Source: a virus
Lineage: Duplodnaviria; Caudoviricetes
DNA: 64,000 nucleotides
IMG/VR virus record: IMGVR_UViG_3300035208_008180
Strand: one strand, 5' to 3'
Position 1 is the stretch's first letter. Every line of letters starts with the position of its first letter. The notes below the pieces were generated by a model. It saw only the letters and a list, made by a program, of their open reading frames with translations. It was not told the origin of the DNA and ran no database searches. Shown here one piece after another: positions 1 to 10,339 of this stretch. A program made the position numbers and the translations under genes.

Positions 1-329
1 CCCATCGCTTGAATTTTATCCACCAATGTTAAATGTCCATCTGCCTCTAGGTCGGCATTGGTTTTCGATCTCCTCTCTTGCTCTTTTTTGTATTCTTCTT
101 CTAGCTTGTGAAGAATTTCCATATTATGGGCCAAAGCCTTTTGTTTCCTTAATTGTTCTTTATATGGATTTATGATAGGCATAATTTTTTCGACAGACCC
201 TGCTACATCTTTATCCAAGCTTTCATCATATTTCTTCTGTTTGCGTATTGCTTCTCGCCTACGCACAATCTTACCTTTGGCTTCTTTTTCTCGACGCTTC
301 TTTTTTCGCTCTTGCAATTTTTTATTCAT
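1..329 (-). CDS. Hypothetical basic/coiled-coil protein, runs off window start (MNKKLQERKKKRREKEAK...)
   Basis: Manually translated open frame from ATG at 329, which overlaps the stop of the upstream gene (TAATG). Confidence 0.7.
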   Translation of the reverse strand, partial: MNKKLQERKKKRREKEAKGKIVRRREAIRKQKKYDESLDKDVAGSVEKIMPIINPYKEQLRKQKALAHNMEILHKLEEEYKKEQERRSKTNADLEADGHLTLVDKIQAM

Positions 330-1129
330 TATTTTCTCCGCAAAGTTGATAAATCTGGCATATCTGTTTTAACTTGATCTCCAAACGATAATGTTGGCTC
401 AGGTCCATCACCACCCACATAAGCCGCACGGTCCTCTATAAATGCTCCATCCAAACGAGGCGGCACCACAAAGAATCTGTCACTTAATTCTCTTTGCACA
501 CCAGCATCGTCTGTTGTCATATACAACAACCCAAGCCTTGGGTCTATTCCTACTGGTTTTTCTTGAAGAATTGGATATCTTCTGCCCTTTGTAAACTTAA
601 ACCCTTTACTAAGCCCACCTAAAGTTCCTGGGGGTGGAACGCCGCCCTCTACAGGATCAAAAATCTCAAATCGTATTGGTCCTATTGGGGCGGGTTTGGA
701 ACCACCATTTTTACCTAATATTTGTTGTAATTTTGTTTTGTCCTTAGTGGTGATATTTTCTATTAAATCTAAAATATTAGGATTAGTATTCAGCAATCCC
801 AACAACTTATCCTCAACATCTGATTCATCTGTGTCTTCTGTGCTGAATTTAACCGTGCCATCAAAACTAAACTTCCGTCCCTTAATCTTTATGCCATCCT
901 CTGCCTCGATGTAATTGACTTTCTTTTTATAATATTCATAAACTTCAACGTCAGTCACTAAAATATTGCGGCGAGCTAATTGAGCAATAATCTTTCCGGC
1001 AACGTCTTCAAGTGGCGTATCTTCAAATGGCTTGCCACACTTGATTATCTTCTCTTTAGTTTCTTCCCGATTATATTCTCCCTTTACTTCAGTTTCTTCA
1101 TGATACTTTAACAAAATTTCATAACTCAT
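329..1129 (-). CDS. Hypothetical protein
   Basis: 266-aa ORF packed tightly with its neighbours. Confidence 0.75.
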   Translation of the reverse strand: MSYEILLKYHEETEVKGEYNREETKEKIIKCGKPFEDTPLEDVAGKIIAQLARRNILVTDVEVYEYYKKKVNYIEAEDGIKIKGRKFSFDGTVKFSTEDTDESDVEDKLLGLLNTNPNILDLIENITTKDKTKLQQILGKNGGSKPAPIGPIRFEIFDPVEGGVPPPGTLGGLSKGFKFTKGRRYPILQEKPVGIDPRLGLLYMTTDDAGVQRELSDRFFVVPPRLDGAFIEDRAAYVGGDGPEPTLSFGDQVKTDMPDLSTLRRK

Positions 1130-1130
1130 A

Positions 1131-1727
1131 TTATTTCCTCAACAATGCCACTCCATATCGAGTGTCCACAAATACAGGTTTTCGATTAGCTATTTTGAAG
1201 AAGTCAGGCAACACCTGCTTACAATCTCCACCATACTTAGCATGATCTATTAGCAAAAGACCATCATATGCCAAATGATTCCAAGCTGTATCGAGAACGC
1301 TACGGTAATCATCTAAAGCATAATCATCATCATTTATTATAACGAAATCAAATTCACCTGCCAAGTCCAAAATGTCATTTATAAAAGTAAATTTATTTTT
1401 ATATACAGAAAAAATATTTCTACGACCTATTAAAAAACTATAAAACTCATCCTTGATGTGTTGATAAGCAGTGAACTCCTCGACAGTCTTACAACCCTGA
1501 AGAAAACAGCCACTAACAAACCCTAATCCAAACCCTATTTCTAAAAACCTTTTGGGCTGAATTCGTTTTCCCAAATAATAGAAAAAGGGAAAATACTTGG
1601 GATCAGACATAATTTGAGCAAATTTAGAACCTTCAGAGAGAAAGCAAAATCTGCTCATCAAAATTTTGGTAGGCAGAGTAATTGCTTTATTAATGTCTGC
1701 TTCTAATTCTTTGGCCAAATTCTCCAT
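1131..1727 (-). CDS. Class I SAM-dependent methyltransferase-like protein (Methyltransf_24-like)
   Basis: FLEIGFGLG motif I; FDFVII...L..DGLLLIDH pattern. Confidence 0.6.
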   Translation of the reverse strand: MENLAKELEADINKAITLPTKILMSRFCFLSEGSKFAQIMSDPKYFPFFYYLGKRIQPKRFLEIGFGLGFVSGCFLQGCKTVEEFTAYQHIKDEFYSFLIGRRNIFSVYKNKFTFINDILDLAGEFDFVIINDDDYALDDYRSVLDTAWNHLAYDGLLLIDHAKYGGDCKQVLPDFFKIANRKPVFVDTRYGVALLRK

Positions 1728-2043
1728 ATAATCATTAGAGTTAGCTTATAAAAAAAGGCGTCCCCTAAAGTCAATAGTTAAAAACAAAGAGCCGACCCCT
1801 ATCGCTCCAGTTGAAAAAATAGAACTTGGGATCGGCTCTCTTGCACGACACGCACTAACTATCAAATTAAAGGAGATATAAAAATGAACGACATAATTAT
1901 CTCTCCTGCCTTGCTGAGACTTTTTTAGTCTCCCCATCCAGTCTTTAAGACCCATGTAGAATGGTTTTAGTGTTGCGATACGACATTTAACATGGTTAGC
2001 CGAAACCGCCACTTTTGAAACTGCATTTTCAAGGCACTTATAT

Positions 2044-2247
2044 TTATGCTTTGTCTGATAAATTTTCTGCTCGATCCTTCTTGGACTCAGCTACCAGATA
2101 CTCCATAAACACATAATTTTCCATTTCATCCAATGGTAATAAATACCAATCATCAGGCAAATAATTTTTCGTCTCTCCTGGCGTTATCTCTATTCCCTGA
2201 TTATTGAGACTTTGTGTAATTACTATTGCTATATTTTCAGTATTCAT
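2044..2247 (-). CDS. Hypothetical protein
   Basis: 67-aa ORF with 4-nt overlap to the upstream gene. Confidence 0.55.
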   Translation of the reverse strand: MNTENIAIVITQSLNNQGIEITPGETKNYLPDDWYLLPLDEMENYVFMEYLVAESKKDRAENLSDKA

Positions 2248-2738
2248 AAACTAGATTGTTCGTCATTGCTCCAATTCTCATCCTTCTCTGCCTTCTCATC
2301 TTTGTGGGTGGCTCGCAATATATCCATTATTCTCTCATCAACCCCAGGATCAGCCTTAAACCGGATATCACTATTCAATTTTTCCATTTCACGTCTGATG
2401 TTGTGTCCAAAAGATATAGCATTTGCATGATTCATGTCCCATGCTCTCAAATGACCCTTTATCTTTTTAATAGCTAATGCAAGGTCTACAACATCGGGGT
2501 TAGACCTGCATCTGGCTTCTACATATTTCTCCGTGCCGCCCTCATCCTTGTATTCAATAAATAACAAGTGATACTTTTTGTCATGCAAAGATTCCAACTC
2601 AGCTAGCTTAGCCTGCAAATAAGCACATTGCGGACCTGCTTTTTGTAGGTAGATGTTGAGATTGGATTCATTAAATGCAAACAACTTGTCATCTAAAAAA
2701 ACCTCAATACCACACACACTAATTTTTTCTTCTGCCAT
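2244..2738 (-). CDS. UvsY-like recombination mediator protein
   Basis: Size, helical character, EKYVEARC..NPDV and LRAWD...AISFGHNIRREM pattern resemble UvsY; lies downstream of the gp41-like helicase. Confidence 0.5.
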   Translation of the reverse strand: MAEEKISVCGIEVFLDDKLFAFNESNLNIYLQKAGPQCAYLQAKLAELESLHDKKYHLLFIEYKDEGGTEKYVEARCRSNPDVVDLALAIKKIKGHLRAWDMNHANAISFGHNIRREMEKLNSDIRFKADPGVDERIMDILRATHKDEKAEKDENWSNDEQSSL

Positions 2739-2740
2739 AA

Positions 2741-3622
2741 TTATTCCTTCTTATTGTATTTTAAATAGTAATCTAATAGAAATTCGCCACAACTTGCTCC
2801 CACCCCTTTTCCAGGCGGTTCATAATATTCTACCCTTTGACCAAACCGCTCAATAATTTCCATAAATGCCTGCACATGGGGGCTGGCTTTATTATCAATA
2901 GTAGGACGCTCATTGTATTGCAACAACTTTATGGGAATATCTCGGCCAAACAACAACTCACATAATCTACGGGCATCTTGGGGCGAATCATTCACCCCTT
3001 CAATCAAAGTGTAATGAACCTCTACTTTGCTGCCCCTAGTCAATTTCGACATCATCTTCTGATAAAATTCCAAGGCGGCAATGGATGATTCTATTTCTAA
3101 TGCCGCTGGCATCCATTCTTTACGTAATTTATTGTCCGTAAAGTGCAAAGATAGATGGATTTTTACATCTAAATGATAAAGTATGATTCCTTCAACCAAA
3201 TTGAAAAACTTAAACCAATTACGTTTTGGAATAAGAGTGGCAACAGCAAATCGACAAGGGGCATACTTCTTTTTGGCAGAAAGCATCACACTCACAACAC
3301 TATCATTTTCTAATGGTTCGCCACAACCCATAAAAGAAATCAACAACATCCGTCCACCAAGTTTTAAGTCTTGGTGAATAAATTCTATTTGCTCATTCAT
3401 TTCACCCATATCCAAATAATTAACATGCACCTTGCCTTGACAATCCGTTGTATGACAGAATTTACATCCCAGATCACAAGACGTGTGCGTAGATACACAA
3501 ATGATATCTTTGCCAGTATTGTTATCAATATAAGCAACCTCACTTATCAAACCACTTTCCAATTGAAAAACATATTTAATTGTCTTGTCAATTTTGGAAT
3601 GTATTTTGTCAAGTAATTTCAT
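2741..3622 (-). CDS. RlmN/Cfr-family radical SAM RNA methyltransferase-like protein (short N-terminus)
   Basis: CVSTHTSCDLGCKFC (CxxxCxxC), FMGCGEPLEN, LSLH, YTLIEGVND, ASCGE; both RlmN catalytic Cys equivalents present. Confidence 0.8.
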   Translation of the reverse strand: MKLLDKIHSKIDKTIKYVFQLESGLISEVAYIDNNTGKDIICVSTHTSCDLGCKFCHTTDCQGKVHVNYLDMGEMNEQIEFIHQDLKLGGRMLLISFMGCGEPLENDSVVSVMLSAKKKYAPCRFAVATLIPKRNWFKFFNLVEGIILYHLDVKIHLSLHFTDNKLRKEWMPAALEIESSIAALEFYQKMMSKLTRGSKVEVHYTLIEGVNDSPQDARRLCELLFGRDIPIKLLQYNERPTIDNKASPHVQAFMEIIERFGQRVEYYEPPGKGVGASCGEFLLDYYLKYNKKE

Positions 3623-5199
3623 TCTATGGGTTCCCCAGGATCACTTTTGAATTTTTTTTCGGCTTTTAATCTTTTCTTTTCATCAGTAATTTGTTGGAGT
3701 TGACTTCTCTTGTCTGTTGCTTTCTTTTGCAATTCTTCCAAATGCCGAGCAGTCACTTCCTTATTAGCCGACACTTCATTAATTCTCTTATCAAATTCTG
3801 CCTTGCTGATCTCTTGCATTCCTAAAGTACGATCTCTATCCATTTCTATCCAAAACTCAAAACGACATTCTCCAAAACGAGTTTTTACAACTGATACTCT
3901 TGCGACCTTGGCCTCATATTCTACCTTTCGCTGATTCAAACTCCACAAAGCATCTAGGGGACGTGTCTGGCCTTTAGCATCAGCCAAATTATCATCATCG
4001 ATCAATTCTCCCATGTTTACCTTGCTGCGAGAATCTCCCGTAGCCTGCATGGCGGTTAACAAACATACTTTCTCTCGACTGGCAAACCCTTTTAATGCAC
4101 GAATAATTAAAAATCGACTTTCATAGGTTTTCATACCGGCAAAATCTTTCATTTCGCCAATATAATCCACTATCACTAAATCAGGCACAAAACCACGCAT
4201 TTGCAGTTGTTTGTAATAAGCCTGCATCGTGGCCACGTCCATCTCACCGCTGGGAAAGTGTTTGATAACCAGTCGGCGTGGGTCTTCATAATCCTTTGTA
4301 TAATTCTGTAAAGATTGGAATACGATATCCTTGTTGGGAATCAAATTCTTGATACCGATTCCGTATCGATTGCCAGGATCAGCTAATTGGGCGTCAAATC
4401 GTTCAGCAACACGACTTTCATCCAATTCGGTAGAAATATACAAAACCTTCTTGCCACGATGAATGTTGGCAACCGCCGCCTTGATTAAGCAAAGGGATTT
4501 GCCAGAACCAGAGAGCCCAATCCATGACGCTATTTCGCCTCTCTGCATTCCGCCGCCTTGCATGGCGTTATCAATGGACTCAAAGCCGGAAGTGAAAATA
4601 TCACCCTCGGCAATGCTTTTAATCATCTTGTCATAACGCTGTTCATATGTTTGAAAATATTCCTCTCCAATGTCAAAATCCCGATCTACCGACAAAGCAT
4701 CCTGTAGCTTGGTTTGAATGATGCTCCACTTATCCTGGTGATTGTATTTCAATTCATCCATACAACTAAAGAACGCCGCCTTGATTGCTTGTTCTTTAGC
4801 AAAGTCTAATATTCTATCCCTTAAATAATCTCTATCTTCTACACCTGGAACGTAGTGTTCGTAGACATTGTTAATTTCGGCTCGCCAATGCATTTTTACA
4901 TCGGCTGGCTTTTCCTTAATTCTGTCGGCTATGAATTGTTCTATAAACAATCGCTTGGGCAGAACTTTATATTGGTCAAAATACTTAAACAACCAATTGG
5001 CGACTTCTTTGTGAACTTCATTGGTAAAATAAAAAGGCTTTATTAAACCAAAGCTTTGGGTGAGAAACACCGCATCATTTAAAAGAAGAGAAAGAATTGT
5101 GCGTTGAAAATTCTCTTCCCACTGATATTGTACTTCAGCTTGAACATCGGGGTCATCAAACGCCCCCTCCTCATATTTGGAAACATCAATTTCAGGCAT
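3619..5199 (-). CDS. Replicative DNA helicase, DnaB/T4 gp41-like
   Basis: Walker A GLSGSGKS, YISTEL, IVDYIGEM, TAMQ, KTRFG arginine finger. Confidence 0.9.
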   Translation of the reverse strand: MPEIDVSKYEEGAFDDPDVQAEVQYQWEENFQRTILSLLLNDAVFLTQSFGLIKPFYFTNEVHKEVANWLFKYFDQYKVLPKRLFIEQFIADRIKEKPADVKMHWRAEINNVYEHYVPGVEDRDYLRDRILDFAKEQAIKAAFFSCMDELKYNHQDKWSIIQTKLQDALSVDRDFDIGEEYFQTYEQRYDKMIKSIAEGDIFTSGFESIDNAMQGGGMQRGEIASWIGLSGSGKSLCLIKAAVANIHRGKKVLYISTELDESRVAERFDAQLADPGNRYGIGIKNLIPNKDIVFQSLQNYTKDYEDPRRLVIKHFPSGEMDVATMQAYYKQLQMRGFVPDLVIVDYIGEMKDFAGMKTYESRFLIIRALKGFASREKVCLLTAMQATGDSRSKVNMGELIDDDNLADAKGQTRPLDALWSLNQRKVEYEAKVARVSVVKTRFGECRFEFWIEMDRDRTLGMQEISKAEFDKRINEVSANKEVTARHLEELQKKATDKRSQLQQITDEKKRLKAEKKFKSDPGEPIE

Positions 5200-5373
5200 T
5201 CTATTCTTTCAAAGCTGGTTTGAGCGTTACTAAACGATCTATCATATGCTCATAAGTGGCTTGCGTAATTTCGCCTTCCTCAAACTCATGCTCAAAATAA
5301 TTCATCAAAGCAAGCCAATCATTCCATCTCATATCATCATCAAGGATGCTGCTCTTGCATTCACTGCACCTTA

Positions 5374-5784
5374 TCATATCACACTACTCCATTTCTTTAC
5401 CAGCCATTTATATGCCCCGACAATCCTTGCCCATAATATACCACCCCGTTTACAACCTTCGGGCTGGTCATCTACCCAAAATAGCACAACATATCCAGCC
5501 TTCTCACACACGTCAATCTTCCAATGACGACCACACCAAATAACATCGTCTACCCAAGCATTGTCCCCAATCAATCCTGCTTGTTCAAATACTTTAATAT
5601 CATCGGCTGTGCCTGTTCTGCTAGTTGCTACGATAAGTTTTAAACTCAAGTCTTTAGCTAACTTAGGCAAATGGGCCGCAAATATAGATGGGGAGAGGGA
5701 AATGGTATTGTCATAATCAACCGCTATTGCGAATTTCGTGAGTAAATTCAATTCCAAATAAGGAGCATAAACATATTCAGACAT
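5374..5784 (-). CDS. HAD-superfamily hydrolase-like protein
   Basis: AVDYDNT motif I, ATSR motif II, K and WVDD motifs. Confidence 0.65.
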   Translation of the reverse strand: MSEYVYAPYLELNLLTKFAIAVDYDNTISLSPSIFAAHLPKLAKDLSLKLIVATSRTGTADDIKVFEQAGLIGDNAWVDDVIWCGRHWKIDVCEKAGYVVLFWVDDQPEGCKRGGILWARIVGAYKWLVKKWSSVI

Positions 5785-6341
5785 TATTTTCCCCCAAGAT
5801 AGTCAAACTCACTTAATGAAACCGATGCTGCTCTAATTGATTTTTCCTTTGTAATCTTTTTCCCCATCGCCTTTAAACGATTCCAAGAAATGGATTTACA
5901 ATATGTTTTAAATTTGGCATCGATCTTTAAAGGGGCTTGTTTTGATGGCTGCTTCTCATCAGGCACATAAGTAGACACCAAGAGCGTCAACATTTGTTCT
6001 TGATGTGGCCCAAACTTTTGCCGACTGGCACCATGCCGAGTTTTATTATTCCATAAATTCTGAAGTTCGTCAAGAACACTCATAAGAAATCTGTCTGTAA
6101 TATGCAATTTACATATTTTTAAACATTTTTCAATATATGTTTGCCTCTTAAAATATGTTCCCGCTGTTAGCAAGGAAATTTTTAAATCTTGAACAATATC
6201 TTCTTGTTCATCAGTATGATTGTTTTTGGTATTCTTAAAATACAATTGCCAAGCCTGATAATGGCTTAATTTGCCGAAGTTATCTTCTAGCTCTTCATAC
6301 TCCTGATTTGTGACCGGAAAATTTTCAAAAATATAATTCAT
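5784..6341 (-). CDS. Hypothetical protein, weak sigma-factor region-2 resemblance
   Basis: EDIVQDLKISLL...KFKTYCKSISWNRLK resembles sigma region 2, split by an insertion. Confidence 0.4.
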   Translation of the reverse strand: MNYIFENFPVTNQEYEELEDNFGKLSHYQAWQLYFKNTKNNHTDEQEDIVQDLKISLLTAGTYFKRQTYIEKCLKICKLHITDRFLMSVLDELQNLWNNKTRHGASRQKFGPHQEQMLTLLVSTYVPDEKQPSKQAPLKIDAKFKTYCKSISWNRLKAMGKKITKEKSIRAASVSLSEFDYLGGK

Positions 6342-6353
6342 ATAACCTTTCTG

Positions 6354-6575
6354 TTAAATATCATCACATATATCTTTATAGCATTCCTTGCATAACCAAA
6401 CCTTACGCTTCGCCTCTGGACTGTCTGGATATATCTCGGCAGCAAATGGGTTTGGTCCATATATCATCCTATCTGCAACGTGTATTTTGTTACAAGAACC
6501 ACAACAATGTGTATTCTTGCCTTTGGCAAGTTGTACTGCCTCTTTACGCTTTCTCTTCGATAATATCTTGGTCAT
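6354..6575 (-). CDS. Small putative Zn-binding protein
   Basis: CGSC...CKEC. Confidence 0.55.
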   Translation of the reverse strand: MTKILSKRKRKEAVQLAKGKNTHCCGSCNKIHVADRMIYGPNPFAAEIYPDSPEAKRKVWLCKECYKDICDDI

Positions 6576-6975
6576 TGCTAAGAATTTCCTTCATAGAAAT
6601 GGGACAACAATACGATGAAGATTCATATGAAAACGACCAGGGAATATACTCAAAACCGTAATCTGAATCTGGTTCGTGCATCGGCGGGGGCATCTTTACA
6701 TCATTAAATTTCCAATATTCCATAAGCTCATTATTACCGCCATAGAGCCTTATTTCGGCTGACGTTACGAACGACACAACATCTTGATTAAATTCTTCGA
6801 AAACACAAAATTGCATAGTTCCACTAATGGGAACAATCTTGCCGCCATTTTCATCCCCAACTGCCATATAGGGAAACGCCGGTCGTTCTTCCGGCCTAAT
6901 AATAATTTCTGGAATTATTATTTTTCCATCAGCATTCTTTCCCTCAAACATCCATCGCCATTTTCTTTTTAACAT
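6544..6975 (-). CDS. Tail-tube (gp19)-like protein, divergent
   Basis: KRKWRW...LYGGNNELMEYW pattern shared with 36409..36993. Confidence 0.35.
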   Translation of the reverse strand: MLKRKWRWMFEGKNADGKIIIPEIIIRPEERPAFPYMAVGDENGGKIVPISGTMQFCVFEEFNQDVVSFVTSAEIRLYGGNNELMEYWKFNDVKMPPPMHEPDSDYGFEYIPWSFSYESSSYCCPISMKEILSNDQDIIEEKA

Positions 6976-6982
6976 TTTTTCC

Positions 6983-7294
6983 TCATATCCCTGCTAGACC
7001 AACCTTGTGATCGAATCCAAGTATCACTTCAACCCTGGTTTGGATTTCTCGGATGGAATGGCCAAGTAAGTGATAACCCTTGTGTTCTAATTCGTCCTGA
7101 GTTTTCTCCCAATCCAACCTGCGTTTTTTCTCATGTGGCAGCGGCTCCACAGGAAGATCATTGTCAGCACAAATCTGTCGAACCATTTCTTCATGAAACC
7201 GTTCCCAAAAAAGATTATATTTTGCTCTCCAAACAGAATAACGCACCTTTTGGCCACGATAAGCACAACGCTCTTTGTTCTTGACTTTCCTCAT
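6983..7294 (-). CDS. Hypothetical protein
   Basis: 103-aa ORF coupled to the polymerase-like gene. Confidence 0.6.
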   Translation of the reverse strand: MRKVKNKERCAYRGQKVRYSVWRAKYNLFWERFHEEMVRQICADNDLPVEPLPHEKKRRLDWEKTQDELEHKGYHLLGHSIREIQTRVEVILGFDHKVGLAGI

Positions 7295-8589
7295 TTCACT
7301 ACTTTCAACTGATTGAGATTTCTACCTCTATAGGCTTTAACCCGCAATCTTAAACCAGGATACAACCCATCCTCTTCCTCTAAAATGTCTTTACACAAAT
7401 TTAAAACATTTATTTCTTGCCCCACATTTGGAATTATATAATATCCATCGTGAACATGAAAGCTAATTCTTGCAATTCCCTGAATAATTTTATGTAATTT
7501 CACCAATTTGTGTAAACAAATAACAGATGCTGGGGCCTGGATGTGGAAGTTTCTTAGTTGTGTGCGATAATATTCTTCTTCAAATAAACGATTTCGCCCA
7601 TAGTAATCAATTGCCCTATTATCTTTTACGTCCTTGTTGTTCAACCAGCCCATAGCTATGGGAAACTTTTTATAAATTCGACTAATAATGGTTTTTGCCG
7701 TTTCCTCAGCTACATCATTTTTCTTGGCTAAAGTAGCCGCACCCATGCCAAATGCCACAGGCAAAAAGAACCCTTTGCACACCTTTCGCCGTGATGGAGA
7801 ACATTCGAGCCCGGTTATGGTTTCCCAAATAGACTCATACACATCTCGACTACGATTTAAGATATTGCCTAACAAAGTGTCTTTGGATAGCCATTGCAAC
7901 ACGGAAACTTCCATATTTTTGAAGTCGAAATACAAAAAATCCTTGCTATCGAAATCAGGAGTGGTTAAAAATTGCTTCTCAGATTCTTCAAGGGTATGTG
8001 GATTGAAGGACTTATTAAAAGCATCCCTGCACTTCATTCGACCATTCTTCTGCCCCTCAATCTCATAATAGGGATGTAAAATAGCCTTTTGATCGGTATG
8101 TGCCAATCCCAAGGTTTCAATCCGAGGAAGAACCTCTCGAATCAATGGAGTATATATGGTTTTATATATGGTTTTTGTCTGCTCCCAACTAGAATTACCA
8201 ACAACCCTTGCCAATCGCCCTTTGGCTTGATTAAAACTACCAGGACAGGGCTCAGAATGCCCCAGGAATGCCTCAATTAGCTTTAAATCAACGATTGATG
8301 CCGATATGCTCAATTCCTTGCCCGTAATTGCTAAAATAAAACTAAACAAATTCTTGGCATTCCAGGCAATCAACACCTTGGACTGATCTAAATAATACTT
8401 TAGCTCGCCAATAATATTAATAAGTTCCGCTGGCTTATGGCTTAAAGGAATATCCATCCTTTTATTCGGAGCCATAATTACAAGGGTAGCGGGTGCCTTT
8501 GGATTGGTAAAATCCAATACTTCGGGAGAAGTGGCAACAAAAAGGGTTTGACCAACAAGAGACTCTAGAGTTTCTGCCAATTCCGACAT
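7291..8589 (-). CDS. Family A DNA polymerase-like protein (polymerase domain, compact and divergent)
   Basis: Motif A YFDFKNMEV, motif B RRKVCKGFFLPVAFGMG, NFHIQAPAS, motif C HVHDG. Confidence 0.8.
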   Translation of the reverse strand: MSELAETLESLVGQTLFVATSPEVLDFTNPKAPATLVIMAPNKRMDIPLSHKPAELINIIGELKYYLDQSKVLIAWNAKNLFSFILAITGKELSISASIVDLKLIEAFLGHSEPCPGSFNQAKGRLARVVGNSSWEQTKTIYKTIYTPLIREVLPRIETLGLAHTDQKAILHPYYEIEGQKNGRMKCRDAFNKSFNPHTLEESEKQFLTTPDFDSKDFLYFDFKNMEVSVLQWLSKDTLLGNILNRSRDVYESIWETITGLECSPSRRKVCKGFFLPVAFGMGAATLAKKNDVAEETAKTIISRIYKKFPIAMGWLNNKDVKDNRAIDYYGRNRLFEEEYYRTQLRNFHIQAPASVICLHKLVKLHKIIQGIARISFHVHDGYYIIPNVGQEINVLNLCKDILEEEDGLYPGLRLRVKAYRGRNLNQLKVVK

Positions 8590-8622
8590 AAGATAAAGTA
8601 TACCAAAAGGAAGGTAAAAAAG

Positions 8623-10278
8623 CTAATCCTCAAAATCACCAAACTTTGTGCCAAACTTCTCGCCATGTTTTTTGAAAAACTCTTCCCTTTGTTTGATATT
8701 ATCGAGAACCCTCTTTAATTCTTCCCCATAATACTTTTGATTTAATAAATCCAACCAATCCTTTTCCTCTATGAATTTTAAGGTCTCTTGGGGTTTGGCC
8801 TTATAACATCTACTCAGAAAGTGATGTAAATTCTCGGCGGCGGGCTCTTTATACATCATTTCCAACATTTTTTCTGGCTGTTTTTCTGTTTTCCCGTAAT
8901 TACCATCATAACAATCAAAGACTTTGCGACGATTGTCGTTGTCGGGAGCATCCTCATATAATTTAAGTACGTCGTTCCAACCCTTCTGTCCAGCCAAATA
9001 AATAAATTTTTCTTTTACCAAGTAATAAGGATCAAAACTTCCTTTGGCTGTGGGGTGGAAAATTTTGGACAACTTCTCCGCAATCATTTTTACAGTTGGC
9101 TCTAATTCCTTATTGGTATAGCCACCTGCCTTCCATTTCGCTTCCGCTTCTTCATAACCTGGATCGTTGTATCTGGTTTTGCGAAATTCCCTATATCGAG
9201 TGTAGAATCTATCGAACAAAACTTCAGTATTGCGAAGTTTTAAAATAGGCTCCTTGGCGGTCAACACCATGTTGATTGTGGCATGTAAATCATTGAAATC
9301 CTCTCCCTCCACCTCAGTTCCATCTTTTTCCCAATCCTGTAGCCCACCATTCACAAATGAATTAAACAACTTTGGATCAAGTTCTCCTGTAAGTGCTTTT
9401 TTCGGAACCTTGAAATGAAAGGTGTTTTTTAGGGTGTTAGCGTCAGCCACCATCATTTCTTCTGGGGTCATGCTCTTATGCCCGCCACGGTTCGACATTG
9501 TATCAGAGATATTATACCAACCACCTTGTGGACCATTGGGACCAAAATTAGTGGGGACTGTTCCTAAAAGCAAATAAGCAACGTCAGAGGGATTGTAGAT
9601 ATGCCCCTTCTTCCAATTATCCATCACATAATCAACCCGCTCTTTTTCGTGCTCCCCAGTCAAAACTTTTAGATCACTTTGACGAATTGGGGCTCCTCCA
9701 GCACCGATACTAATAACAGGGTCTTCATCATCTTGACCTCCTTGCTGTGCCCCATAGGAAGAGAGAGGATTGGGTTTAATGGGGTCTACATAAATTCTGG
9801 ATTTATCGTGGTCAACGTAGGTAACTTTCCAATAGGGTGTCATATTTAAAGCATGATCGCCTACCTTGTCGCCTATTTGGACATCTTCTAAATTGTTGAT
9901 AGAACCAGGGTCATCTGCCCAATCATAATAATAACCCTCGATGTTGTCTTGCTTCACATTCCCAAACTTAAGTTGCCAAATACCATAGTGGGCTTTAATT
10001 TGTTGTCCTAATACCATTTTCCCAATATAAACCCGGCCTCTTTGTTGATCTATTCTTTCCACCTGAAATCGACCATCTGGACGTTCGATAGGGGTTTTTA
10101 TTTTAATTTTGGCCAGTTCATCAATCGCACCACCAGCTTGTTGAAAATCGATGTAGTAATCCCCATTCTCATCGTTTTGGATTTGTCCCCATTTCAACAA
10201 GAGGAAAGAAGGCCAAGGTCTTTTTCTTTGAGCCTCATTCAACAACAATAAATTAAAATCAAAAAAGTTCACAAACAT
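8623..10278 (-). CDS. Hypothetical 551-aa protein, possibly virion-associated
   Basis: Long ORF; N-terminus NFFDFNLLLLNE loosely resembles the head-targeting motif. Confidence 0.7.
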   Translation of the reverse strand: MFVNFFDFNLLLLNEAQRKRPWPSFLLLKWGQIQNDENGDYYIDFQQAGGAIDELAKIKIKTPIERPDGRFQVERIDQQRGRVYIGKMVLGQQIKAHYGIWQLKFGNVKQDNIEGYYYDWADDPGSINNLEDVQIGDKVGDHALNMTPYWKVTYVDHDKSRIYVDPIKPNPLSSYGAQQGGQDDEDPVISIGAGGAPIRQSDLKVLTGEHEKERVDYVMDNWKKGHIYNPSDVAYLLLGTVPTNFGPNGPQGGWYNISDTMSNRGGHKSMTPEEMMVADANTLKNTFHFKVPKKALTGELDPKLFNSFVNGGLQDWEKDGTEVEGEDFNDLHATINMVLTAKEPILKLRNTEVLFDRFYTRYREFRKTRYNDPGYEEAEAKWKAGGYTNKELEPTVKMIAEKLSKIFHPTAKGSFDPYYLVKEKFIYLAGQKGWNDVLKLYEDAPDNDNRRKVFDCYDGNYGKTEKQPEKMLEMMYKEPAAENLHHFLSRCYKAKPQETLKFIEEKDWLDLLNQKYYGEELKRVLDNIKQREEFFKKHGEKFGTKFGDFED

Positions 10279-10339
10279 ATGTAGCCAAAAAGCCTTTCAT
10301 TTTTATTGTTGTTTATTTGTTTTATTATATATTATGGCT

